Assembly: GCA_002269645.1 (NCBI GenBank)
Contig: NIVC01001739.1
Coordinates: 135,727 to 199,726 of the forward strand
Reading direction: 5' to 3'
Length of the DNA: 64,000 nucleotides
DNA from: Macrostomum lignano
Taxonomy: Eukaryota
Shown: positions 22,901 to 33,931 of the stretch, piece by piece
How the letters are laid out: each line of letters opens with the position of its first letter
Numbering within the stretch: position 1 is the stretch's first letter
Notes under the pieces: model-generated
What the model was told of the DNA's origin: nothing
The model's database searches: none
What the model saw: only the letters and a program-made list of their open reading frames with translations
Translations under genes and position numbers: made by a program

Positions 22901-22988
22901 CTCTACAGCCTACTCTACCCCCTCGTGGTCGACTCACGGCGGCAATGGCGGCTCCGACAACCACGCAGATGGACAGCAGGCGAAGCAT
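19975..22988 (-). CDS. Astacin-family metalloprotease, copy 2 (tandem paralog), ~253 aa
   Basis: Exons 22988-22938, probable 33-nt exon 22581-22549, 22495-22424, 22319-22244, 21970-21841, 21697-21597, 21419-21348 and 20201-19975. Motifs HEFQHTLGVYHQQSRPDRD and SQMHY. Confidence 0.92.
20290..21200. repeat. 33-bp minisatellite in the last intron of astacin-2
   Basis: Unit CTTCCACTCTGGATGCATCAAGTTAGAGGAAGT, with palindromes GATGCATC and GGAAG-T-CTTCC across unit junctions. Confidence 0.95.
20599..20639. mobile_element. 41-bp perfect hairpin insertion (collapsed MITE-like) with a probable 7-8 bp target-site duplication
   Basis: CAAGGACCACTGTAGTAGA-CAC-TCTACTACAGTGGTCCTTG, flanked by GTCTTCCA and TTCTTCCA. 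Confidence 0.7.
22020..22115. repeat. 20-bp minisatellite in an astacin-2 intron
   Basis: Unit GAATTGGGTGTCCCTGTCTT. Confidence 0.9.
22604..22922. repeat. 18-bp minisatellite in astacin-2 intron 1
   Basis: Unit CTACTCTGCCTCCCCAGC; source of the spurious PQPTLP and GGRVGW ORFs. Confidence 0.95.
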
Positions 22989-23728
22989 TTCTAGCTGGCC
23001 TTACAGACAGTGTGGCGATACGAGGTATAACACTCGGTTTTGAAGTGCTGCTGAATATTTGATTGCCAGTCCTGCATGAGGCTATTATATAGTGTTTTAA
23101 TTATACGCCCACAGAAGATTTGATGTCAAAGTTGCTATCGCTCCCAGCTGTCCCGATCCCATCGCTTGAAGTTATTTATCGCTTCTGTCAAACGGTCAGT
23201 ACTTTGCCTTCCCCACCGGAACTAAACTGGTTTGATGTGTTCGGAGTTAAGCTTAATTCAATGTCATAAGAATCCGTTATCTCTTACCGCAGAAAAGGTT
23301 TGATACCACTTTTTCTGTCTGTGTAGGACATAACTAGCTGTCATATTGTACTGTATCTGCGACACCAGGTGTCAAACTATACGCTTGAGTTCTGTCGGCT
23401 TATCAAAAACGACAACTTTAAATGTAAATAATATTTTTGCTGCAGCAGAAAATATGCTGTAAAGAGTGATTAGAGGAGGGTGACAGTTTCCTCCGCAAAA
23501 TGGTTAGAAGAGGGTTACAGTCTCCTCCATAAAATAACTAAAGGAGGCTGGCAGCCTCATCTGTAACATGGTTTGGTGAGATTTACGGACTCAGTTGCAG
23601 ATTTATTAGAGGGTGACAGCTTGAACAGACTGTCTGCTGAATCACATTAGAGGTTATAATTGTTACTATTGTCGGGATCGTGCAAGTTCACGACAAGAGG
23701 AAAAAGTCGGCACAGCGATCGAAAGTCG

Positions 23729-26336
23729 CTACAGCCTTGGCTGCACCAGCACCCAGCTAAAATTGTAGACCCCGGGCAGCAGGGTGTGGCTGACGTTGGC
23801 GCCGAACGACGCCCAGCTGAATGGCTTCAACCGACCGTCGTCGACTGTAGGACCACTGATGGCCCACACGCCGCTCTTGGTGCCACCCCGACTCAGCAAG
23901 TCGCTGCTGGTCACTTTGGCATCGTAGCAACCGAATGCAGCAGGGGAATCTGCCGAACCTGATCGAGTCAGTAGGTCGCCCCGGCAGCAGAGGCACTTGC
24001 ACGGGTCCCGCTCCGAGTACGGGTCCGTCCGGTACCGGCTCGATCGCATCAGCCGCCGCATGCCGTCCAGACTGCCGGCTTGATTAACCGCGTCGCGTCG
24101 CAGAATTTTAGCCCTCGGCGCCAGCTGGTAGGAATAGTCCAGGCCGAACTTTTTCACCACCTCCGGGTAGCCGCTGAGCTGATAAACGTCCTGGTGGAAA
24201 GGCACATTGTACGACGGCCAGTAGCCAGTGCGTAGGATAGCGGTCTGGTCCGAGTATCTGACCAAACCCGGAATCTGCTCAACAATGGTCAGAGCTCCAT
24301 TATCAAGTGAAGCATTGCGCTTGAACTTGTTTAAATCAACCAGCATGTACTGGTTGTTGTAGGTTCCGGAGTTGAATCTGGAGAACTGCTTGGCCCATTG
24401 TTGCCCGGTTTCAGCCAGCTGATTGGCTGCCCGAACTCGCTGCCAGGCCAGCAGGCTGCGAGGAGAAATGGATTTGAACAGCGTCTTATTGAACACGCTG
24501 TTGGTGGTCTGAAGCAGCAGCATGCGGTCATTCAGTACGTAGAACGCGTCCAGAGAAGCCAGGGTGCCGGGGTATCCGCCAAAAGATTGCCGGCCGCCAA
24601 CGAAGCTGGTGTCATTATCTAGGCGAAAATCGTAGTGCTTGAAGGAGCGTAGAGTAGCAGAGTAAGCGTTCCAGGTGTTGTGCGCTGCTAGCAGGTCCTC
24701 GAGGCCAGGTAGCAGACGTATCAGAGCCGTGCAGTGGCCCGTCCTGTATATTTGAAGTTTTTGTGATGCTCGTTACTTGACAACTTACAAATTCTTTCGG
24801 TCAATTCATCAAACCAACTCAATGATTTTCAAAAGTTCCCAAAGCCCCTTGCAAACTGACTGACAGAGATGAGGTTAAATTTGTTTACATAATAAATCTT
24901 AGCTTGTGTGGCGACTTGTCGATTCTTGCGAGAAAACTGTGCTTGGGTATGAAAATAAATAATAATTGAGTACACCTGCCCCAATTGGGCCAGATAGGCA
25001 ACCGACAGCTCAGCCGCAGCTATTGCACGGCGCCTCTGAAGGCTACGTAAGGCTGTTCAGTCCAAGGACTGGGCCTCGTACTTTTTACACTTGATAGAGG
25101 CAGTTAACTACCCTAGTTGACCATCTTACGAATTGTCTGACAAGATCTGACGATGACTTACAAAATCTTGGAAGATCTGAAAATATCTTCTAGGGGATCA
25201 CCACACACCCTCAATTACCCCAGCTAATGCCGGCACCCATTTTACAGCTGAGTGAACTGAAGCAAAACAGACTTAAGTGTCTTGCTCAAGGACACAAATT
25301 GTTCAGAGTGGGTTTTAACTGCTTTAGACCGTAAAGACGGTCTCTTACTGTGAAGACTCAATTTATTGAGGATGAGAAAGTCTGGTAGATCGGAAAGCGT
25401 CATTAATATACACATGTGTGCCTGCGTTTTTAGCGATTCAAAGAGATGTGCATGCTTTAAATTGCCTCATAGCTGGCTAAAGGTCGACTGGTTGTCAGGT
25501 GTTGCCACACCAGTGCCCCTGAAACGAAATCACTAAATAGGTAGTTCGAAAAGCACCTGCAGCTATCGACTCAAGCTTAAAGCCCCCTATAGTTCTATCA
25601 GTTTTGTTTACCTGGCCACAAACTGAGCGAACTGAGCCGGGCCCATCTGCTTCCAGTCGGGCCATCGATCGGTCAAGACGTTCAGCACGTCAGAAGAATC
25701 GGCAGCTGCGTTGATGAAGTGCAGCACAAATTTGGGGCTCTGGCTGGTCGAAGCCAGGCTAAATCCGTTGATGAGGCCCTGAAACTGGGCAAGCAGGTAG
25801 CCGACATTTCGAGCCATAGCATCCTGAGGATTCGAGTCGGAGAAGTTCTGCGCCCAGTCAGCCTGCTCGTCGAGCCAGTCTCTGAGCCTTTCGGTCAGGT
25901 TTGCGTCCCCCTTCGGGATTATCGTGTCCGCCAGATTGACAAAGTGAGCTTCGATCCGATCCGACGTAAGCAGTCCCTCCACCAGGCCGGCGGCGAACAT
26001 GGCTGCACGGTTCTTGTCTATGTAGTCCTGATCATTGTCGGTGTACGCGGCTGCGGCAGACACCGTCACCTCCAGCCTGTCCCAGCCAGTGGCGTTAACT
26101 CCATCTGCGAAGTAGCCAAAGGCGGTCGCGTTCGGGTCGATACAACCATCCCGGATGTAATAACCCTCGCCTGAGTAAAAGTACACGCTGAGACTTCGCA
26201 AAGTCTCGCCAGGTCCAACTGTGACATTCAAACAGCCGCTCGCATCGGCAACTCTCGGAGGAATTTCGCGACGAATTCTCGCGGAAAGAGCCGTTGTTGT
26301 TACAATGACCGTTGTTGCTAACCATAGCAGAAGCAT
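23729..26336 (-). CDS. PLBD1: Phospholipase B-like protein (Ntn hydrolase, PLBD1-like), 2 exons, ~579 aa
   Basis: Exon 1 26336-25612 (signal peptide, TGWDRLEV, AGLVEG). Exon 2 24743-23729 (GHCTALIR with the putative nucleophile Cys, AHNTW, YPGTLAS, LQTTN, SGTYNNQY, YWPSYNVPF, PRAKILRRD, GCYDAK, AISGPT). Phase-2 GT-AG intron. Orthology to PLBD1 versus PLBD2 is tentative. Confidence 0.92.
24960..25312 (-). mobile_element. CORE-type SINE (family A), headless copy in the PLBD intron
   Basis: The reverse complement of 25200-25312 reproduces the CORE block of 13590-13700. 24960-25070 matches the family 3' body and tail. Confidence 0.75.
25329..25374 (+). ncRNA. Relic copy of the flatworm spliced-leader (SL) exon, not followed by a GT donor
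   Basis: CCGTAAAGACGGTCTCTTACTGTGAAGACTCAATTTATTG matches 39/40 nt of the Macrostomum SL as I recall it (..ACTGCGAAGACTCAATTTATTGCATG). Includes the 5' hairpin ACCGT-AAAG-ACGGT. Confidence 0.75.
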
Positions 26337-27976
26337 GTTGAATTTTCTCTGCCTGTAGGAAACTGGCTATGATTTTGTTTTGGATGATTAGGTGTAAAGT
26401 ATTCCGTTTTGAAACCATTTACTTATAAACGGGCTAGCCAGCATTGCGTGCTAGATTTTCTAATTTGATATTTGACAAAAACTTTGGCACAGCAAAGCGG
26501 TCTGTGCTAAACCACAGTTAAAAATTCCTGCAATTTCAGCTGCCATCAGCCTGAGGCAGTATTGACCGGACGTGGCACTCTGAGATGGTAGATCGCGACA
26601 AGAATAATCTGCAACGACACGTAAAGGCCAGAAAGCACGGGCACCAGATCCGATTGGATAAACAATAAGCACCGGCCCACGTGTTTACCTTGGCCTAGGA
26701 GTAATGGGAGTAATAGGAGTAATGGGAGTAATAGGAGTAAGAGGAGTAAGAGGACACTCCGTCTCAGTTTCCAACCTCTTCAGTCAGTGAGCCGAGCGCT
26801 TTCATTTTGTCTGGTAATTCTTTTTCGCGCGGCTAATGCTAAACTTAGGCATATACAGGTCCATGCAGGCTCACGGAGCTCCCCCCCCCCCGGGACAGAG
26901 CAGACCAGAATTCATTACTGCTGCATCAACAGTTGGTTAAAAATCCACTGGGGAAATGTTTGCTTATGCACTTTTATGCGCTGAAAAGAAGCCTTTACTA
27001 TAGAAGCGCTTATGACTCTGAACGCTTTTGCATAGCGTCTTTGCACTTAAAAATAGTGTTCAGCAGAAGGCTCCTAAACCTTTGTCTCTACACAAATTTT
27101 TTCTCTTAAATTCCTTTTTGAGACAGAGAATGGTGTTGCCCCCTCCCACATCATCTACTCTGACTTGCTGATTAAGAAGTAAGGCTTAAATTCTACGACA
27201 ATGGCTTGGGAAAGCCAAGGCAACGCTTGAAGCGCCACTCATATTCTGACAAAGCAGCACAAGGCGTGGGCTATTGCTCCACCGGAATGCAAAAAGCTAA
27301 GCTGACAAGTCTAATAGAAGCAAAAAATGTACCACGTTCCCTTTCCCAGCGGCCCAAACCTGCCTGCCAACTCACCTGACGACCTCAAACCGCATGCGTG
27401 GGCAGCAGCGCTCTTCCTTCCTACAGTTGCAGACTGACCAACCAATGAAAACTTCGCTGATAAAGCTAACAGGCTGAACGTTAGAACTTGGCTTTCTCTA
27501 GAGGAGCAAAAGGAAATAAAAGAGAGAGAGAGAAGCGCAGAAACGCAGGCGGGCACAATTTCATCGCCTATAATGTTGCATTGTGAGCAAGATGATTTGG
27601 TCAGTTGCTTGCAGCCCTGGACATCGGTAAGTTCGCCCAACTGTTTATTAAAACTTTTGGTATTAAAAACAGCCCTATGCACAACATGGCGTACACAAGG
27701 ACTACTTAAGTAACATATATATCTACTTAAGTTGTCCTTGGGCGTACACTTGCACATGCACTGTGCCTGCAGCCTTGACTTTACAAAGGAATTTGCTTGA
27801 GATGGTAAAGTGACGAAAGAGAGAGAGTTAAGTGCACATACACACGAGTGAACGTGAAGGAATACCATTGTTTAGCAATTTGACGATCATTATTCACATT
27901 TTTAATGCAGAACAATCCATTACTACAAACAATGCATTGTCTGTAGGATCGGCAAACAGAAAAACAATGCAAAGAA

Positions 27977-28067
27977 TCAGCGGTCGCAGCACGTGACAAC
28001 GATTTGTCTATGGCTCGCGCCTACCGGCGCTCGCCAGACAATCGTTGTCACGCACTGGGACCACTGA
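27977..28067. repeat. ~91-nt imperfect hairpin
   Basis: Arms 27977-28009 and 28036-28067 (core GTGACAACGAT(T)TGTCT / AGACAATCGTTGTCAC), with an inner stem GCGCC-TACC-GGCGC. Confidence 0.8.
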
Positions 28068-28149
28068 TTATTTATCCATTGTTGGATGAGTCATCGTGCA
28101 GCAATGCGCCTAATGCTTTCCCAGTGAGATTTTACCACAGACAATAGGC

Positions 28150-28251
28150 GGGTTTTCTTGCTTAAATGTCTATGGCTAAGAGTGCGCGGCACAGAGAATC
28201 GCCCCTAATCCACGCGCACTCGTAGCCATAGACATTTAAACAAGAAAAGCC
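28150..28251. repeat. ~102-nt hairpin with 39-bp arms
   Basis: Arms 28150-28188 and 28213-28251 differ at 3 positions and contain GTCTATGG / CCATAGAC. Confidence 0.85.
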
Positions 28252-28520
28252 GATTTTTGAGAAAAGCACGAATTTAAATGCACAGGAATCTTAACATCTC
28301 GCTGATTCTCAGGCACATTGTAGTTTTTTGCGAATGGGGGGGGGGCAAAAACTTTTGAATAAAACCAATTTTTTTTCTTTTTTGCTGACCAAACATAAAT
28401 ACCTAAGACATACTGAGCTGCTAACGAATTGAACACGGTTACATCATTACCGATTTATTACACTCATGAAATAAGCCCTCCACCCACACACACACACTCT
28501 ATCTCTATCTCTCTTTGCAG

Positions 28521-29457
28521 TCGTCGGAGATTTGACAATTTCGTCCGCAAAGCAATCCTAGCCATCTTTTTGCTAGCGCTGCTGCTTGTTACCATGGCAA
28601 CTAGAGGTCCAGTATGGCGGACAGGTCTGACAACGACACGTCGAAAGGTGGCGCAGCATTCGCCGCAGCCAAAAGTGCAACTGTCCGCCCAGGACTTCGC
28701 CACGGCTCTTGACGCAATGGGCGTAGAATTTATTCCACCTATTTTGCACCTGTTCGAGGCTTCTCAGTCGCTCCCAGAAGCTCTAAACTTGTCTCCGCAG
28801 GACCGCTCGCGTCTGCTGGTCGTATTCAACTGGACCCGGCCGAGTCTGCGGCACGTCACTCGGCTGCACTTTCCGCAGCACGAGTTCATGCTAGAGCGAG
28901 TGTTTCTCTCGGACAGCTTTGACAATAAAGAAAAGCTGAAGATGCAGGCAACCTTTGCCAGTCTGTTGGCCCTGTCTGCTTGCGGCGGAGTGGCGCTCAG
29001 TCCTGAATCCAGCCTGCCTTCGCTGCGGACTGTCTCGCTGCTGACGGTAAGCGGCAATGTCGCTGTCGCGTCTCTGAATTCTGGAGGACAACCGGACGGG
29101 CGGTTGCTGGCTGCCGGTCGGCAGCATCCGCTGCTGCGTCTGTGGCTGCGGGATCTGTACCTGAACTATCTCCGGGTGAGTAGGCAGCGAGCAAACGCTG
29201 GCTCCAGTGCGCTGATCGGTGCGGATTATCTCGGCAGAGGCTTGAAGAAGCACCGGCAAAGCAGCGGCGTCAAGAGGAACAGTACGGTGAAGGACGTGAT
29301 TCTGCTAAGACTGGACGGTCAGTCAGTGCAGCTTCCGGTTCAGCCGCATCAGCATCAAAGACAACAGCCGGTTGTTCAAGGACCGCAGTTGCCGCTTTCG
29401 AGCCGAGTGGTGGCCGATCCCACAGATCTGCTTGAGGCTTGTCTGCCGCAAAGTTGA
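28521..29457 (+). CDS. Type II membrane protein with weak similarity to GT32 (alpha-1,4-glycosyltransferase/DXD sugar-binding) family; 5' exon not found
   Basis: Long open frame after a strong acceptor (CTCTTTGCAG at 28511-28520). Signal anchor AILAIFLLALLLVT. LALSACGGVALSPE and LLAAGRQHPLLRLWLRDLYLNY resemble the GT32 motifs L..yGGiYlD.D and a...HPfl..wl...y. Confidence 0.5.
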
Positions 29458-29829
29458 ACGAAAGTAGCTGTCGACTATCAAAAAAAGTTTTTTAAATATG
29501 TGAATTTTCCTCGAAATAGTAAAACTAACGACACGTCTTCTTTTGGTTAAAAATTTACCAAGCTTTCACTTAAGCTATATTTCAGTTTTGATTGTGATAA
29601 TAATTGTCTCAACAAATTTTTACTAGCGCTCTTTTGGACACAATCTACTTATTGTGGTGATTACAGACAGTAGCTTTCAAGACTTTACCTGAAAAAAAAC
29701 AATAAAACAGCACGAAACCAGCAAATAACAACGCGAAAATTTTCCCATCAGTATTGGCATCGCGTTTTTATCACGAGCTCGCACCAGTTCGGCTTTTCCC
29801 TAATTAGGTCACTCCGCGACACTCCGAAC

Positions 29830-30000
29830 TTCCCGACGCCCGCGAGAATCTGCGGCATCTCACCGCAGACTTGCGTCTAGCAGTCCCTGACAGACCTCGA
29901 GAGGAGCGGCGCTGTTCAGGGCGATGGTTGAGACTCTCCTGCTGTACAACGCCAAGATTCTGACGCTGACAGACTTGCAGGTTGAGTTTGGGCACGCTGT
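29830..30000 (+). pseudogene. Decayed non-LTR retrotransposon (RTE-like) fragment, C-terminal to the RT domain
   Basis: AALFRAMVETLLLYNAKILTLT (from 29906) resembles the LINE motif LF.A.VE.VLLY..E.WTLT. Preceded by frameshifted PDARENLR and VPDR segments. Confidence 0.55.
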
Positions 30001-30594
30001 AACTTTTGCGTGTCATCTTCTGTTCTACAGAAGATCTGCCCCAAGATCGAGTGAGTCTTGAATGGGATGGAATCGTTCACAGACTCCGGCTTCTGTGCGT
30101 TTTTCAGAGATCTATAGTTCAGTAGAGCTTGAACAGTGGACACAAACCCATTAAAACCATCTGTACTTACAATCGTACGCCTTTACTATTTCTAGTTCCT
30201 AGCAGCGACCAATCCTACTGTTAGTAGGGCTTGTATAAAAAAGTCGTTTCTATTTTTTTGCAGATAAAAGTTCGTTCACAAGGCCAGAAAGCCACACCAC
30301 AATGAAGTATGAGTACAAATCCCTTCGTTGATCACACAGACAATTGTCTCATTTGTTCGTTTACCTGCCCAGCGTGACTTCTGGTGATCGCTCTGCTTTC
30401 TGCTCCGGAATTTTTCGAATAGAAGCGGGGCAAATATGTTGACGCCAAACCAAATGCATGGAGGGGAGCTTAGCGGCAAATCTTGGGGTCAACAATAAGT
30501 AGATGATGATATTGGCGAGTCTTAATGGGGGGTGACAAGCAAACTTTAGGGGATAATTTTTTTTTCATCACGCGCGTGATGCGTGATCGTGACC

Positions 30595-33180
30595 TTGAAC
30601 TGTCCTTGAGCTGCCTGAGTAATGCCACATGTCCAGCTGTGATGTGATTGGCTTATAAAATGGGGTGGGTGTGCAGCTTAGGGGAGACCAAAATGAGAAC
30701 TGACGTGATTGGAGAGAAAATAGCATGAGATGGTGGGAGATAGGTTAGGAGTGAAAGCAGTGGGTAGCCGTAGAGGGTGACCCAGTCGATGAGTCATCAG
30801 GGGGTAGGAATCTGGATATCCAGGATCGAGCAAGCTAGGGTGCAATAACATTAACATTTTTGTGTGGCTAGAGACCGCTTACGTCAAAAAGTTGTAAACT
30901 TAGCTATGAATATACCTAAAATCAGTCTGGTTGACAAAGAGAGGATTTTGAATGCCTATGTGACTGGTGGCTTAGCGTTTGATGTTCGTGGGTTGAACCG
31001 AATTGATAGCGAAAAAATAGAATTTCCTGGTGATTTTAGTTTTTATTCTATTGTGAATATGAAATTCTAAGGCGTCTCGAACAGAGATAAGAAGAGAGTC
31101 GGACCTGCGTAAAGACGTCTACCCTCGTATGTTTAAAAAGTGCAGCTCTGCGTGTCCGCTCTCTTTTGCGGGAGAGACATGAAATCGAGTTTATGGCACA
31201 GAATAAGTACAGAAGAATTACGGTAGCTATGGTAGAAGTTCTATTTGAGTAGTATTGGTTTTGTCAGCCTAACTGAGAATAAAGCCGTCCAAAGTGAGAA
31301 TCCTGCCTACGCTGAATACGAAGGGCCTAGCTGCGTCCAGCCTAGTCTATGAGCCATAGACTATAAAGGATAAGCTAAAATTGGCTAGTCATATGGCTCA
31401 GAAGCTCAGAAGGTATAAAAATAAAAGAATACGACGCATAGACCAATCGATTCTCACATTGGGTGGCTTTTTATCACTTTGCTTGTCCTTTATTGTCTAT
31501 GGCCCATAGACTAAGGCTGCACGCAGCCAGGCCCTTCGCAGTCAGCGTAGGCAGGATTCTCGTTTTGGGTGGCTTTATTCTCAGTTTGGCTGACAAAAGC
31601 AATATCACATTTATTTGTTAATAAATTTCATGCGTTTAGCAGCATATTTAAATTGAACCTGCGGTACCCAGCGTAAATTCTTTGAGCAATTTGATTCCGC
31701 TGTCTCCATCGACGTATGGTGATGACATACGTCACCGCTCCAACGCTCGCAAATGGCATTTCCCAATATGCTTCTTGACCCCGACTATCGAGGGGAGGAA
31801 GTGCGCGATAAAAGCCGGGGCTCGAGGAGCATCACTCGAGTTCGGAGGCAGGAAGAGAGATCGAGCAGTAGGAGATGAAGCTCAGATTTTATCTCGGGAA
31901 TGCATGCATATAATGTGCGATACATATAGCCGTAATATTTGCTAGGAAAATCCGCCCCAGATTAGGAAAGCCTGATCGAGATGCTCGAGTGAGATCCGAC
32001 GGTCAAGAAGAGGGTCAGGAAGATTGAGCAGAGATGGAATGCCGACGACAAGCCCAGAGTTGCGTTCGCCCTTCTCAATCAATTTTTCCCTCCCTCCATC
32101 TTGCCAGCAAAGCTATTCGTCAATAAATTTATCCAATTTATTTATCCCGTCAGTTTTCTGACAAATCTCATGTTTCCTCTGCGGAGACTGCTTGCTTGTA
32201 AGTTGTAGTGCTAAAGCTAAAGGCTTTATTTTGCTCTCTATGTATGTACTTCTGCTGCATATGCCCTTTACACAATCATAACCGGCAGTGAGAAGACTTA
32301 GCACTCTAAGTTGAACAATTCCTGCACAAGTTGATCGAGGAGAACTTCAATAATAATATTTGCAGGACACTGGCAGTGGCGCAACGCCTTCAGTGCCAGC
32401 GCCCCACAACCAGCGGTGACTCCTGAGCATGCGCACAGCTCACACGGGGTGTACAGCGGCCCTGACTATATAATCCTCAGTCATGTACACTCGATCCAGG
32501 ATCTTTAGCATAGCTACATGCATCCTGGTGTGGAGAAAATAATAATACTAAACTATAGAATGTTATATTGGAGTTAAATTGAATGCTAAGAGAAAGAGCA
32601 GTAAGTGAGCGCAGGGCCCAAACCGATATATTTATAGAACACTAACTTAGTTCAGGGGGTTGACTCCTGTATAATAAAAGGAGGGGTGGAGTGCGCGACT
32701 AAAGAGAGAGGCGAGAATGGAGAGCCAATCAGAAGCCAGCAAGGGAGAGAGAGCTAAGAATAAGAAGTGAGGTTAGACAGAGAGAGAGAGAGAGAGAGAG
32801 AAAATAGAGTAAACAGAGACAAGTGAAAGTGAACTAAAGAAATGGCTGGGAAATTCGCGACACCTGAAGAACCGATGCGCAAGAAATGAAATGCAGTATA
32901 GGTTAGTGTAGGTAAAGCGAGACTTGGACCCTAGAAAACAGGTGCAGTCAGATAAGCCAACCCTGATTCATTTTCAATTATTTCTCCTTTCGATAGATTG
33001 CGGTTCCTGCGAAGACAGTCAGCAAGCACTGGAACGCGCTGATTCAGCAGGCTAATGCATGGTCAGTACGAATAAAAGCTCCTCTGACGAATGCAAAGAG
33101 GCCAGTCATCGGTCATCGGCAGTCAGTGTTGGACCTTTCGCTCATGCCTATTTCTGGTATGCATATGGCTATAGGCGTGC
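30595..33180. mobile_element. Cluster of LTR-like/promoter-like repeat fragments
   Basis: Several GA-rich segments with CCAAT/TATA-like motifs (ATTGGCTTATAAAA ~30646; TATAATAAAAGG ~32669; CCAATCAG ~32725). No paired LTRs or gag-pol were found. Confidence 0.25.
31253..31604. mobile_element. Foldback/MITE with ~125-bp imperfect terminal inverted repeats
   Basis: The reverse complement of ~31480-31604 aligns with ~31253-31376. Each arm contains the palindrome GTCTATG(A/G)GCCATAGAC. Confidence 0.8.
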
Positions 33181-33931
33181 ACTGTGTCTGGTCTCTATTG
33201 GATTAGACCCGGTCGAATAGCGCCCAGGCCTCGTAAAAGCTCTTTTCCTGCTTTCGCGATTCTGCCTGCCAAAGCTTCGTCCTGCCATTGCCCCGAAACC
33301 CGAAAATCCGCTCTCCACATGGCCGGCCGCTCAATACATTTCTGCGGTCGGGTGAGCGCGAAAGAGAGAGCGAGAGAGAGAGAGCGAGAGAGAGAGAGCG
33401 AGAGACAGACCGGCCCGAAGAGAGAGAGAGGAGAATCGTGTTGCAATGTCGGTGGCCTGTTGCACACGCGCGTGCCCAGACGCTGTGCCGAGACCAAAAA
33501 TTCCCAAAGCCTCTTTTCCCATCTCGGTCTGTAAGCCCAAGCTTTATATGCGCTAGGCGAGGGGAGAGCTGCGGATGGCGGAGAAGGGAAAGAGGAATGG
33601 GGAATGAAAAGAGGAGGGCTGGAATGAAGGCTGGGATTTCCTGTAGCGAGCCGGCAGCGCATATGGCCTGCTGCGCAGCTGTCCCCCCCTGTCTGTTTGC
33701 CACGCAGCAAAGCAAAACACGCAAGCACCAAATTATACAGCACAGCTGGAAGCAAAAAACGCTCAAGGATCGAAGGAGACAGACAGACAGACAGGAAAGA
33801 GGAATACAGTATTGTAGATAAAAGCGGTCCTTGCTTGAACGAGCAAAGCTTTAAACTGAAATCGCGAAGGAATACGATTTACCGCTGAGCGTTCGCCACA
33901 TAGAACTAGGCAGGATAAGCTCGTGCTAGTG

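Noticed and set aside
22545-23062. GGRVGW-, PQPTLP- and LCLPS-repeat proteins
   Set aside because: They arise from an 18-bp intronic minisatellite bounded by the astacin-2 splice sites.
25329-25460. Functional SL RNA gene
   Set aside because: The leader does not end in CATG followed by a GT donor, and the downstream Sm-site structure is not convincing.
27311-27868. 185-aa minus-strand ORF
   Set aside because: No recognisable domain, atypical composition and no convincing splice context.
33184-33821. Several overlapping 110-190 aa ORFs
   Set aside because: They span a GA microsatellite and a probable promoter or 5' UTR region, with no homology signal.
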